A DNA stretch of 64,000 bases from the human T2T-CHM13v2.0 reference genome, Homo sapiens (GCF_009914755.1 NC_060941.1); one strand, 5' to 3'; shown: positions 1 through 13,639, numbered from the stretch's first letter. The notes: generated by a model not told the origin, from the sequence alone. Made by a program: numbers and translations.

Positions 1-1380
1 GGGGCCCGCTGCACCACGCAACCATTCTTGGCCACACGGGGTAGGGATGATGGCATGGGGAGGAAGGCTGGGAGAAGTTGGGCGGCCGGCTGACCCTGGC
101 TCTTCTCTCCAGGCTCGCCTGCCTGTTCCTGAAACGGGGAGCTGATCTGGGGGCTCGAGACTCTGAAGGCAGGGACCCTCTGACCATCGCCATGGAAACA
201 GCCAACGCTGACATCGTCACCCTGTAAGAATGCCTGAAGGGGCGGGGCTGGCGCTGGGACTCCCCCCACCCCCGCCCACCCACGTTCGGGCGGGCGGGCG
301 GGGCTGACGCCGAAACAGAAGCCTGCGCTGTGGGGCCTCGGAAAGGGGCTGGGCCAGCGCCGGGGCCAGGCTCGAGAAAGGCTGCGCGAAGTGTGCACTG
401 GGACGTGGAGTAGAAGGCAGGCGGGAGGGCGGGCAGGGTGCAAGGATGCTTGGCCCACCCTGAGAGGCGTAATTCGCCCATCAACATTGCTGTCAGGCAT
501 CTTTTTAGCACTAGACGTGACCCCGGGGGTGGGGGCAGATGAACGGAACGCAACCCAGCTCAAAGGATGGGAAGTTGTGGGGGAGGTGAGGATAGTCTTT
601 TTTTTTTTTTTGAGACGGAGTCTCACTCTGTCGCCCAGGCTAGAGTGCAGGGGCGCGATCTCGGCTCACTGCAACCCCCGCCTCCCGGGTTCAAGCGATT
701 CTCCTGTCTCAGCCTCCCCTGAGTAGCTGGGACTACAGGCGTGCGCCACCACCCCCGGCTAATTTTTTGTATTTTTAGTAGAGACGGGGTTTCACCATGT
801 TGGCCAGGACGGTCTCGATCTCCTGACCTCGTGATCCGCCTGCCTCGGCCTCCCAAAGTGTTGGGATTACAGGCGTGAGCCACCGCGCCCGGCCAAAGAT
901 AGTGTCGTTCATTTCTTAATTCCCTCCTCTTCAGGCTACGACTGGCAAAGATGAGGGAGGCTGAAGCGGCCCAGGGGCAGGCAGGTAAAGAATACACCCA
1001 CCCCACCCCCCAGGCCCAACACCTGAACTCTGGGCTTCTGGTCCACGGTGACCTCTCTCCCTAGTGCCCAGCTGCATTCATTCCGTTATTTAACAAATGC
1101 GTATTGGGCGCATGCGACGTGCCAGGCCCTGGCAAGGCATAGGTGCTGGCGCAGTGCCCGCGGCGCGCACGTTCCCACCCAGGCTCGGAGCGCGAGGTCC
1201 CCAGGTGGGCCCCAACCGCCGGATCCTGCCCTTCTGCACTGGGGCCCAGCCGCCTCCCGGCCTTTCCTCCCTCCCCCAGGAGATGAGACGTATCTTGACA
1301 TCTTCCGCGACTTCTCCCTCATGGCGTCAGACGACCCGGAGAAGCTGAGCCGTCGCAGTCATGACCTCCACACGCTGTGA
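1..1380 (+). CDS. ACAP1: ArfGAP with coiled-coil, ankyrin repeat and PH domains 1 (centaurin beta-1), last four coding exons (5' partial)
   Basis: Exons <1-40, 113-223, 935-984, 1280-1380, all GT-AG and phase-consistent. They translate to [99 protein letters not shown], an ankyrin-repeat C-terminus recognised as ACAP1. Confidence 0.95.
598..894 (-). mobile_element. Alu SINE (full length, antisense) in ACAP1 intron
   Basis: Poly-T followed by gagacggagtctcactctgtcgcccaggc...gagccaccgcgcccggcc; flanking gatagt duplication. Confidence 0.95.
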
Positions 1381-2480
1381 CCCGAGGCCCACGGGGCCCG
1401 CGCCTGCCTCCCTTCCCCGCCACCGGGCCCTCTGCCATTAAAGCCTCCGTGCTTCGCTCTTCCCTTCTGGTTCACTTCTTGGGCGCCACCTTCGGGCCCG
1501 TAGGGTGTTGGGCGCTGCGGCTCCCGAGGTGCGGGGAGCAGCTGGGGGTTTGCGAGCTCCAGTCCAGCAAGGTGCGACTCCGGGGAGCGAGGCGGCAGCT
1601 TCGGCCGCGGCCTGAGCGCAGGGCGCTGCGGGGCGGGGGCTCTCGGGCTGGGGCGACGTGGCCAGCCCAGTCCTGCCGAGGGGTGGGGCTGGCCCTGGGG
1701 CTCGCTGGCCCCGCGCCGCCGCGGAGAGAGCGCGCCCGGGCCACCCCGGCTGGAAGGCATCCCCGGAATGCGGCGGCTCAGCACCCGCCCCCTCGGGAAT
1801 TCCCCGGGGGAGCCGCTGGGAGGGACTCGGCTCCCGGGCTGGGCCGGCCGGGCCTCGGGCTCTGAGCGGTGGGATTAGAGGCTCCAGCCCCGCCGACTTG
1901 CAGACGTGAGATCGGGCACACCTGAGCGGCGGCGGGGCGGTCGTGGCCACATCCGGGGCGACGTGCCTGAGTCACCCCGTCCCGCCAGCGTCTGCCAGTC
2001 CAGCCAGTCCGCCCAGTCTCTCGCGTCCGAGACTCGCCTCCAGCCTCCCACCTCCGCCCGGGCCGCGCGAGCCTCGCGGGGGCGGGGGCGGGGCGCCAAG
2101 GGGCGGGGCTGTCTCTTAAAGGGCCCCGGGCCGCTGCCCTTAGGCCACTTCCTGGGGGCGGAGAGGACCTCAGCGGCTGCGGCGACACCCAGGGAAGGCG
2201 GCGCGGCCGGGTCCCGAAACTCCTGGCTGTTTCCATCAGAGCCCTCGGACACTCCCAGCCCGGGCTGAGCACGCATCGTCGCTCCCCGGCGGATACAAGG
2301 GGGCTCCGCCATCCGCTCCCGTCAGTTCGGCCTCCATCTCCTGGGACCCGCGCCGGCAGCCAGGCCAGGCCTCTGAGTGGCCCCAGAGCCCTGGCTGGAC
2401 TCGTCCACGGCGGCAGCGATCTGCCCGGGGTCTCGGAGGCCATCCCTTCAGAGTCGGCCCTGTGCTCGCCACCGTCACCT
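1100..2480. promoter_or_regulatory. CpG island covering the ACAP1 3' end and the KCTD11 promoter
   Basis: Dense CpG; tandem GC boxes (GGGGCGGGG) at ~2078-2108; TATA-like CTTAAA at ~2115; RCGTG cores at 1904 and 1961. Boundaries approximate. Confidence 0.8.
1437..1442 (+). terminator. ACAP1: ACAP1 polyadenylation signal (ATTAAA)
   Basis: ATTAAA 56 nt after the stop codon, followed by U/GU-rich sequence (cttcgctcttcccttctggttcacttctt). Confidence 0.75.
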
Positions 2481-2810
2481 GCTGGTTGGATTCCGGAAAC
2501 CCACTGTCTGAAGACCACAGAGGGGTGTCGCTGACCACCCCAAATCGGATACGTCCAGACCTCAAGCTCCCTTCCCCTCTCTGGCTGCCCTCTGCTCTTT
2601 TCATCTCTTCTCTCAACCTTTTGGGGATTTCTGTGTCCTGACACCACCTCCCCATCCACCACCAAAGTAGCCGGGGTGAGCCCCAAACCTTACTGGGTGT
2701 GCTCCACCTGTGCCTCCAACCCAGCGAATCTGACAGCTTCGACCCAATTCTGCACACACCCAGGAAGTTCTGCCTTTTCTTTTCTTTCGGTGTCTCCTGT
2801 ACTTCCCAAA

Positions 2811-3626
2811 ATTTCTCCTCCTCCTGTGCCCTCTTCGCCCCCCTCCTTTGGGGGCCCCGTGACCCTGAATGTGGGGGGCACACTATATTCCACCACTTTG
2901 GAGACCCTGACCCGCTTCCCAGACTCTATGCTGGGGGCCATGTTTAGGGCCGGCACCCCCATGCCCCCCAACCTCAATTCCCAAGGAGGCGGCCACTACT
3001 TCATCGACCGGGATGGCAAGGCCTTCCGGCACATCCTCAATTTCCTGAGGCTGGGCCGCCTGGACCTGCCCCGTGGGTACGGAGAGACAGCGCTGCTCAG
3101 GGCAGAGGCTGACTTCTACCAGATCCGGCCCCTCCTGGACGCGCTGCGGGAACTGGAGGCCTCTCAGGGGACCCCTGCACCCACAGCTGCCCTGCTCCAC
3201 GCAGATGTAGATGTCAGCCCCCGCCTGGTGCACTTCTCTGCTCGCCGGGGACCCCATCACTATGAGCTGAGCTCCGTCCAGGTGGACACCTTCCGAGCCA
3301 ACCTTTTCTGCACCGACTCTGAGTGTCTAGGTGCTTTGCGGGCCCGATTTGGTGTGGCCAGTGGGGATAGGGCAGAGGGGAGCCCACATTTTCATCTGGA
3401 GTGGGCCCCCCGCCCCGTGGAACTCCCCGAGGTGGAGTATGGGAGACTGGGGCTGCAGCCGCTGTGGACTGGGGGGCCAGGAGAGCGGCGGGAGGTGGTG
3501 GGCACCCCAAGCTTCCTGGAGGAGGTGCTGCGGGTGGCTCTCGAGCACGGCTTCCGACTAGACTCTGTCTTCCCCGACCCCGAAGACCTGCTCAACTCCA
3601 GGTCTCTGCGCTTTGTCCGGCACTGA
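2811..3626 (+). CDS. KCTD11: BTB/POZ domain protein KCTD11 (REN), intronless; long form from ATT (271 aa), short form from ATG 2928 (232 aa)
   Basis: KCTD-type BTB motifs VTLNVGG..Y.TT..TL..FPDSML..MF...YFIDRDG..FR.ILNFLR.G.L...EA.FYQI; stop TGA at 3624-3626. The first in-frame ATG (2928) lies inside the BTB domain; in-frame aaaATTt lies at 2811. Confidence 0.95.
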   Translation: MSPPPVPSSPPSFGGPVTLNVGGTLYSTTLETLTRFPDSMLGAMFRAGTPMPPNLNSQGGGHYFIDRDGKAFRHILNFLRLGRLDLPRGYGETALLRAEADFYQIRPLLDALRELEASQGTPAPTAALLHADVDVSPRLVHFSARRGPHHYELSSVQVDTFRANLFCTDSECLGALRARFGVASGDRAEGSPHFHLEWAPRPVELPEVEYGRLGLQPLWTGGPGERREVVGTPSFLEEVLRVALEHGFRLDSVFPDPEDLLNSRSLRFVRH

Positions 3627-4510
3627 GGATGCTGTTCTCAGTTTGACTGTGGGGAGGAGAGAGAATGGGGTACTAGCACCCCTGAAGCCTCTTTCCAGCT
3701 CTGCTTCAGGAGCTATGAGAGTCGGGACTCTCCTGCACCTGACTGGAGCTCAGATGTGGGCAGGAATTCCCAAACCTGAGCCCACCAAGGACTCACAAGT
3801 GGTCCAGAAGGTCTCAACCTGTGCTGACCCTGGGAGGGGTAGGGAAGGTTCTCTCAGCTTGTTCTTGCCTAAGGCTGAGCACCTCCAGTCTCTCCTTGAT
3901 TTGGAGCTCAGTGTTTAAGGGCTTGGAAAAGGGGGGAACATCTCTTTACCCAGACTAGACCTAGCAAAACCCTGGAAGGATATTGAGGTCTGGGGAAAAG
4001 GGAGGACTTTGCATTTTCCCAATGCGGTCTCTTGGACCATGGCTTCTACTCCTGAAGCTGGGTGGCCTGGCCTGGCCTGACCAATGAGAGGCCAGAACAC
4101 TCTGGAACATCGGAAGAGGAGTTCTTTGCTATGTTCCAAGCCATCTACTGAGGGAGGCAGAAAGGCCACAACCCACCCTAGGTTGATGTATGGGAGCTAG
4201 GACAGTCCCCATGGCAATGGGGCTGGAGCATCCCTCATCTGGAAGAATCCCATACTGATGGCAGGGCTGGCCAGGGGGAAGAGGGTAGTATCTGTGGGTC
4301 CTGGCCTTTCTTCATGTGTGCGTGCATATCAGCCCGTGTGGCTGACTGATGTATAGGTCCCTGGCATCCTGGTTCATATCTGTGTTGCTGACTACAGTGT
4401 CTGTGATGTCCGCATGTCCAGGCCTGTTTGGGGTTGCCTAGCGACTCTTCTGGCACAGGGTGTGTCTGTGGTATACCTGTGAGGTGGTTGACAATTAGTA
4501 GTTTAATCAC

Positions 4511-4513
<3 letters not shown>

Positions 4514-4547
<34 letters not shown>
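4514..4547 (+). repeat. (GT)17 microsatellite in KCTD11 3' UTR
   Basis: Perfect GT dinucleotide run of 34 nt. Confidence 0.95.
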
Positions 4548-4549
<2 letters not shown>

Positions 4550-4909
4550 ATGTGCACGCATGTATATGCATCACCACGTAGCCAGGAGGGGCCTGTTGGG
4601 GTTTGAGTCACTGGGATCTTCCTGGTGAGAGGTAAGAGAAGTCACTGGGCTTAGCTGGGCCTCTGAGGCCTGTATGGAACTCTTGGTTGCTGAGGCAACC
4701 ATGGACCTGTTGCTAGGAGATAGCTGGGGAAGGCCCAAGGCCGCCCAGGGCAGAGAGAGGAGACGAAGAGTTTGGGACAGTGGGGGAGGAGATGGGAAGG
4801 GATGGGATTTCTGGGTCCCAGAGCGGGTGGGATACTCACGCACAGCTTCTTCACTGGTGGGGGGTGGGGCACACATTATTTCTCACTGGTCATGATTTAC
4901 AAGAAGAAA

Positions 4910-4915
4910 AATAAA
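4910..4915 (+). terminator. KCTD11: KCTD11 polyadenylation signal (AATAAA)
   Basis: Canonical AATAAA ~1.3 kb after the stop, followed by GU-rich sequence (ttgtgaaggctgttg). Confidence 0.8.
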
Positions 4916-5195
4916 ACTGCTTTTGGAACCACAAACTTGTGAAGGCTGTTGAGGGCCAGGTTGGGGGTGCTGTCCCCTCACAACAGAAGCCCTGCTTTCT
5001 CTGCCCATCGCCTGCTGGAGATGCCTTCTGGACCCCAGTTCCTTGAGCCCCAGCTTTACCCCAGCTGAGGATGGGCAGTGCCATTGTTCATTGTTCTGGA
5101 ACATTCTAGAACCTCCAGGCAAGGGCTGGAGCCAGGGCTGCAGAGCATTCCTTGGCTCAGCTGGGGCAGCGCCGCCCCATCCCCCAGTGGTCCTC

Positions 5196-6623
5196 ATGTG
5201 GAGGCTGGCACTAGGCGGGGTTTTCCTGGCAGCCGCCCAGGCTTGTGTCTTCTGTCGCCTCCCAGCCCACGACTTGTCAGGCCGCCTGGCTCGGCTCTGC
5301 AGCCAGATGGAGGCCAGGCAGAAGGAATGTGGGGCCTCCCCAGACTTCTCGGCCTTTGCCTTAGGTAGGACCAGACATCCAGGGATGGGCCCAGCAAGCA
5401 CTCACCCCCCTACCCCCAGAGGGTGGCATGTGACCTTCCAGCTGTGCCCTCCATCTGTGGCCCTTTCTGGACATGCTGGCCTTTCCCTCTGAGAGAGCTC
5501 CATATCTGGGAAAGTCAGGAGAGACCCCAGAACCTGGGCTGATGAGGGAATCGCTGGTCCTTGCCCATCTCCACAGATGAGGTGTCCATGAACAAAGTCA
5601 CAGAGAAGACTCACAGAGTCCTGAGGGTCATGGGTGAGGTCAAGGGGAAAGAGTGACCTAGGGGCTTGGGAGGATACCAAGGAGAGGGACGGGTGACAGG
5701 GGTTGGGGTGGGCAGGGAAGGGTGGAGGGGTAGAGACAGGAGGGCTGATCAGGGAGGGGCTGCGTGAAGAGAGGGGGAACTGGCCCCGTCGAGGCCCAGG
5801 GAAACGGAGCTGCTGTCTGCCTCCCCAGAAATCAAAGAGGCTGTCTCCTCACTCCCTTCATATTGGAGTTGGCTTCGAAAGACCAAGCTCCCTGAGTACA
5901 CCAGGGAAGGTACCGATGCGGGATGGGCCTCAAGGGGAGCCTAGGGTCTTAACCAAAGGAATGTGTGGTGAGCAGCTCATCCATTCACACCCCCACCCCT
6001 TCCTTGTCTTTCATTTCAGCTCTCTGTCCCCCCGCCTGCCGTGAGTAGGAAAGGAAAGGGGTAGCAAGGACCTGGGGCCTGCAGGGTGTCAGAGGAGGGC
6101 CTGGCAGCTGCAGGAGGAAGCTGGGTACCAGGCAGGGTGGAGGCCCGGCCTCCCCTCCCCAGCGTTGCCTCTGCTGTCTCCTGCAGGGGGCAGCACCACG
6201 CTGTACAACTGCTCCACCTGCAAGGGGACGGAGGTGTCCTGCTGGCCCCGAAAGCGCTGCTTCCCAGGTCCTCACGCCCATCTTGGCCCCGCCCCACCTT
6301 GCCCAGATCCCTGAGCCCTTGGGCTCCCAAGTCGGTGCGTGTGGGTCCCAGAATCATTCACTGCCTCCTGGGTTCCCTGCAGGAAGTCAGGATCTTTGGG
6401 AAGCCAAGATTCTGCTCCTCTCCATCTTCGGAGCTTTCCTGCTTCTGGGTGTTCTGAGCCTCCTGGTGGAGTGAGTTTTGGGATAAAGACAGGAATCCTA
6501 CCCCGCCCAGTGCCTTCCACCACCCATCCTCCCTCCCTCTGTCCCTCCCAGGCCCCTCCCGTAGGCTTCCCACCCTCGTCTTCCCTCAGGTCCCACCACC
6601 TCCAAGCAAAAAGTGGCTTGTGA
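5196..6623 (+). CDS. TMEM95: Sperm-egg fusion protein TMEM95 (Izumo-like, single pass), 176 aa
   Basis: Exons 5196-5364, 5577-5633, 5829-5909, 6020-6040, 6187-6267, 6383-6470, 6590-6623 total 531 nt. Signal peptide MWRLALGGVFLAAAQA, Cys motifs CVFC/CPPAC/CSTC, TM helix ILLLSIFGAFLLLGVLSLLV, ends SHHLQAKSGL*. Confidence 0.93.
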
Positions 6624-7188
6624 AGACGCTGAAAACCTCCCAGCCTCCAGCTCTAAGGGGTATGCACTCACAACTTCCACATCCCTTGGAGGGGAACCAG
6701 TCAGCCCCTTAGTCCCAGCTCCAAAGACAGTCTCCAGACCCTAAAACCCAGACATCCCTGCTTCTGGTTGGTGAGATAATGAAAAACAAGAAAATCCCCA
6801 AAAACCCAGATCCCCCACAATCCCAGTGTCAGATGGCCTCCCGGGAACCCAGGCACCCACAGCTGGAAAGTTCCTCCCCTCCAGCCCTCAACCAATCACA
6901 TGGCTGTCAACAATGCCAGGAAAATATCTACAGAAGGAAAGAATCCCCTACGCCACTCCCACCACACCCACACCCCCTTCTGCCTGTTCCGGGAAAGCGG
7001 GGGCATCTGCCCCAGAAGCTATTCCAGGCCCTCCTATGACTGATGGGGAATCCGGGAATGCATGTTCTGGAAAACTCACCCCACTAGAGTGAGATCACAT
7101 CAGTGGGTTCGCGGGCATGCCCTCCCTCCATCGTGTTAACAGTTTGAAATCCTGGCCTCCCTCAGAGGCCTCCATCCTGCCAGGCCTA

Positions 7189-7194
7189 AGTAAA
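7189..7194 (+). terminator. TMEM95: Putative TMEM95 polyadenylation signal (AGTAAA variant)
   Basis: No AATAAA seen in the 3' region; AGTAAA is a recognised variant hexamer and lies just before repeat-derived sequence starts. Confidence 0.4.
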
Positions 7195-7281
7195 ACTTGC
7201 TGTTCATGGCCTCTGCCCCTGCCTAGCCTCTGTCTGCAACTGGGGAGGGCAGAGGAAGGATGGGAGACTCTCAGAGTAGCA

Positions 7282-7476
7282 CAGTGCTTCTCAGATGGGG
7301 GTGATTTTGCACCCCAGTAGACATTTTGCAACATCTGGAGTCGTTTTGGATTGTTTTAACTGGGGGGACGTGCTACTGGCCTCTGGTGGGTAGAGGCTAG
7401 AGATGTTGCTAAACATCCCACAACACACAGGAAAGTCCCCACAGCAAAGAATTATCCCGTCCAAAATGTCAGTGTT
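7282..7476 (+). mobile_element. MER20-like hAT-Charlie DNA transposon remnant
   Basis: cagtg.ttctca...gggggtgattttgc.cccc...gacatt...caa.atctggag...tgctactggc.tct.gtgggtagaggc.ag.gatg.tgctaaacatcc...aagaattatcc...ccaaaatgtca matches my recollection of the MER20 consensus. Confidence 0.75.
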
Positions 7477-7493
7477 TACCAGGAAAGGGAGAT

Positions 7494-7553
7494 AGGAGAA
7501 AAAAAAAAAGAAAAGAAGAAAAAGAAGAAGGAGGAGGAGGAGAAGAAGAAGAA

Positions 7554-7585
<32 letters not shown>

Positions 7586-7610
7586 AGAAGAAAGAAAGAA
7601 AAGAAAGAAA
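7494..7610 (+). repeat. 117-nt pure polypurine tract containing (GAA)11
   Basis: Only A/G from 7494 to 7610; uninterrupted GAA repeats at 7542-7574. Confidence 0.95.
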
Positions 7611-7781
7611 CAAAATGTCAGAGCATGGTTGAGAAACCCTGGTGTTTTGTCCCCTGCCTATCAGGAGTTTTTGGTTTGGGAATGGAACGTGGGACATGGA
7701 ACATGAGAAGAGAGGCCTGTTGCCAACCACAAGGCACAGTCTGAGTGCCTAGGCCTGGCAGGGATTCCAGCCCTTACCTAG

Positions 7782-7965
7782 CCCAGGGGTTTTCAAACTG
7801 GGTACCTCGAGGCTCCAGGGTAAGCGTTCTCAGCCAGCTGCATATCAGAACCACCTGGGCAGCCTTAAAACTAGCTGTGCTTTGGCCCCAGCTCCAGAGA
7901 TTCTGGAATAAGTGGTCCTATATGGGGCCTTGGTTACTGTAACCCACAGCCAGGGTTAGAATCAT
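7782..7965. mobile_element. MER5-like DNA transposon fragment
   Basis: cagggg.tttcaaact...catcagaa.cacctggg...cttaaaa...ggcccca..ccagagattctg resembles MER5; degenerate. Confidence 0.45.
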
Positions 7966-8028
7966 TGTTTGGGGTACCCAGAGAGGTCCTAAGGATGGGT
8001 AGAAGAACTCCTACCCCTTCCACGGTAG

Positions 8029-8308
<280 letters not shown>

Positions 8309-8978
8309 TAAAGTGCTGGAATTAAGGTGTGAGCCACTGCACCCAACCGTACCTCGCCCTTTTTTTTCAATATATATATTTTAAAAATTTAAAAATTATT
8401 ATTATTATTTTGAGACAGAGTCTCATTCTGTTGCCCAGGCTGGAGTGCAGTGGCATGATCTCAGCTCACTGCAAACTCTGCCTCCTGGGTTCAAGTAATT
8501 CTCCTGCCTCAGCCTCCTGAGTAGCTGGGATTACGGGTGCCTGCCACCATGCCTGGCTAATTTTTGTATTTTAGTAGAGATGGGGTTTCCCTATGTTGGC
8601 CAGGTTGGTCTCAAACTCCTGACCTCAGGTGATCTGCCTGCCTCGGCCTCCCAAAGTGCTGGGATTACAGGCATGAGCCACCACACCCAGCCGATTTTTA
8701 AAATTAAAAAAATATATATATATATTAAGAGACAAGGTTTCACTATGTTGACCAGGCTGGTCTCAAACTCCTGGCCTCAAGCAGTCCTCTTGCCTCAGTC
8801 TTCTAAGTTGTTGGGATTACAGACATGAGCCACTGCATTCAGCCAAGTATCTCTCTTTTTGTTTTACACATTCAATTCCAATCCCTTCATATAACACATG
8901 AAAAAAATGAGACCCAGAGATCATGTAAGATCATATAACTTGTCCAAGATCATACAACTCATTCATTCATTCATTTGA

Positions 8979-9383
<405 letters not shown>

Positions 9384-9832
9384 TAATTTTTTTAGTACTT
9401 TTAGTAGAGACGGGGTTTCACCATGTTGGCCAGGCTGGTCAGGAACTCCTGACCTCGAGTGATCCGCCCGCCTCGGCCTCCCAAAGTGCTGAGCCACCAT
9501 GCCCGGCCAGTCCTGCCTATTTTTCAAGGATCTCTATCCTGTCTGTCCCATCCTTCCATAGCCCCAGCCCACCCAGAACCCTCTCACAGTGGATCCCAGT
9601 CTCCCAGAGGCGCCACCAGGCTGCCTGCTCTCCTGGAATGCTCTTCACCCTCAGCGGCCGCGCTGGCCTCCCTGAAAACTCCACACTGCTCACGACCCCC
9701 AGCCCCACATCAAATGATGATTAAGAATTTGGGCTTTGGAGTTGGGCTGCCTGGTTTCAATCAAATCCTGGCTTTGTCTCTTACTGGACCGTGGGCAAGT
9801 TATTTAACCTCTCTGTGCCTGTTTTCTCTATT

Positions 9833-9875
<43 letters not shown>

Positions 9876-10026
9876 TTGAGATGGAGTCTCGCTCTGTCGC
9901 CCAGTCTGGAGTGCAGTGGCGCGATCTCCACTCACTGCAACCTCTGCCTCCCTAGTTAAAGCGATTCTCCTGCCTCAGCCTCCCAAGTAGCTGGGACTAC
10001 AGGCTCCCAGCACCACGCCGGGCTAA

Positions 10027-10194
<168 letters not shown>

Positions 10195-10302
10195 TGACTC
10201 TATATAACGTTTTTAATCTGTTTACATTTGAACATCTCTGAAGTCAGAATGCATCTTAAACTGAAGGTATGCCATGGCTTAGTGGATAGTATTTTTTTCT
10301 TA

Positions 10303-10500
<198 letters not shown>

Positions 10501-10934
10501 TCAGGAGGCTGAGGCAGAGGAATCACTTGAACCCGAGAGGCAGAGGTTGCAGTGAGCTGAGATCACGCCACTGTACTCCAGCCTGGGCAGTAGAGCAAGA
10601 TTCCATTTCAAAAAAATAATAATAAAAAATTTAAATATTAAAAAATAAAATAATAGTATATATTACAATTGATATATTAAAATTCGTGATAAATTCAATG
10701 AAATGCAGTAGTAGTTACCTTATGGGATTGCTGTGAAGTCTAAATAAGCTAATATAAAATGCTTGAGGCCAAGCACAGTGGCTTACACCTGTAATCCCAG
10801 CATGTTGGGAGGCCGAGGCAGGAGGATCGCTTGAGCCCAGGGGTTTGAGACCAGCCTAGGCAACATAGTGAGACCCCCATCTCTACAAAAAAAAATTTAA
10901 ATTAGCTGGGTGTGTCAGCCGGGCGAGCGGCTCA

Positions 10935-11296
<362 letters not shown>

Positions 11297-11566
11297 TCAA
11301 AGCTGAAGTGAGCTGACATCACACCACTGCACTCCAGCTTGGGTGACAGAGTGAGACCCTGTCTTAAAAAAAAAAAAAAGAAAGAAACACAAACTCCTCC
11401 AACCTCTCATGCCACATGCTCAGGAAGAGCTTACTAGAGGAATTTATATCACAAGGGTTCAGAGAAGGGGCTGGGGTTGTCAAGGACATACCCTGGAGTC
11501 TGCCATGTGCCAAACACTGTGGAAACAAAGATAAAAAACCACTAGGTGGGTAGGCACGGTGGCTCA

Positions 11567-11860
<294 letters not shown>

Positions 11861-12587
11861 TTAGCTGGTGGTTTAATAGGGCAGGGCATGGTTTGGAGGG
11901 AAGATGGATTGGTAAAGAAACACCACCACCTTGATGTGACACAGCTGAGGGATGTCTAGAGAAGGGACACCCCCAGGGGCTCAGAGAAGGATTCTCAGAA
12001 GAGGTTGTGCCTGAGCCAAAGGAGAAAGACATCCCAGGTATAAGGACAAGCCTGGGCAATGACAGATGAAAAAGCAGGAGGTGTTTGGGCAGCTACAGGT
12101 GATTCAGTATGGCCGTGGGGGGTGCGTTGGGTGGGCAGTGCTGAGAGATAAAGCCGCAGGGACATGTGGGGGCCAGATTCCAGGAAGTATTACACAGGTA
12201 GATCACTTGCTTACTGATGAGAAGTGGGCATGTGGGCATGGCAGGAAGAGAAGAAGGAAGAGAATGTCCAGGGTACAGTTGGCGCTGCCACGAAGCTCCA
12301 GAGAGGTCACAGAGAAGTGATGGGCTCAGGGAGGAAGGTGAGCTTGAACATATGGAATCTGAGATGCCCGGGCAGGGGCATTCAAGTGGAGATTCCAGGT
12401 AGGGCTACCTTTGAACAGCTCTGGCCTGAGGAGCAGATATAACAAGTGGGAGCTGCTGATGGAAAGCCTGGAATGTCAGGGTAAATAGAGGCCAGGCCGG
12501 GCGCGGTGGCTTACGTCCGTATCCCAGCACTTTGGGAGGCTGAGGCGGGCGTATCACCAGGTCAGGAGATCAAGACCATCCTGGCTA

Positions 12588-12773
<186 letters not shown>

Positions 12774-12837
12774 TCAAAAAAAAAAAAAAAAAAAGCCAGG
12801 TCTATAAACTGCAGGCAAGGAAGAGAGCTAGGGCATG

Positions 12838-12868
<31 letters not shown>

Positions 12869-12875
12869 GAGATAG

Positions 12876-13175
<300 letters not shown>

Positions 13176-13178
13176 TAA

Positions 13179-13413
<235 letters not shown>

Positions 13414-13639
13414 TAGAGACTATCTCACTATGTTGCTCATTCTGGTCTTGAACTCCTGAGCTCAAGTGATCCGCCCACCTCAGCCTCCCAAATTGTTGGG
13501 ATTACAGGCGTGAGTCACCGCACCGGGCCTGTGTTTCTTTCTGTGCACATAAAGCCAGCCCACTGGAATATGGTCTACAGGGCTGGTATTTCTGAGCACC
13601 TCCCAAACAAGGGAGGCTGCTGTGGGTGCAGAAACATTT

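Noticed and set aside
2676-2810. 316-aa ORF-track version of KCTD11 starting at GTG 2676
   Set aside because: The extra 45 codons show no domain similarity; the ATT at 2811 already restores the complete BTB domain.
1359-2883. Long overlapping ORFs in the CpG island (e.g. 1778-2686, 302 aa), likewise at 44401-45377 and 54574-56094
   Set aside because: Stop-codon depletion in GC-rich DNA explains them; they are Pro/Gly/Arg/Ala-rich, have no recognisable domain and are open in several frames.
5043-5195. In-frame upstream extension of TMEM95 from TTG
   Set aside because: The signal peptide starts at ATG 5196; there is no evidence the extension is transcribed or translated.
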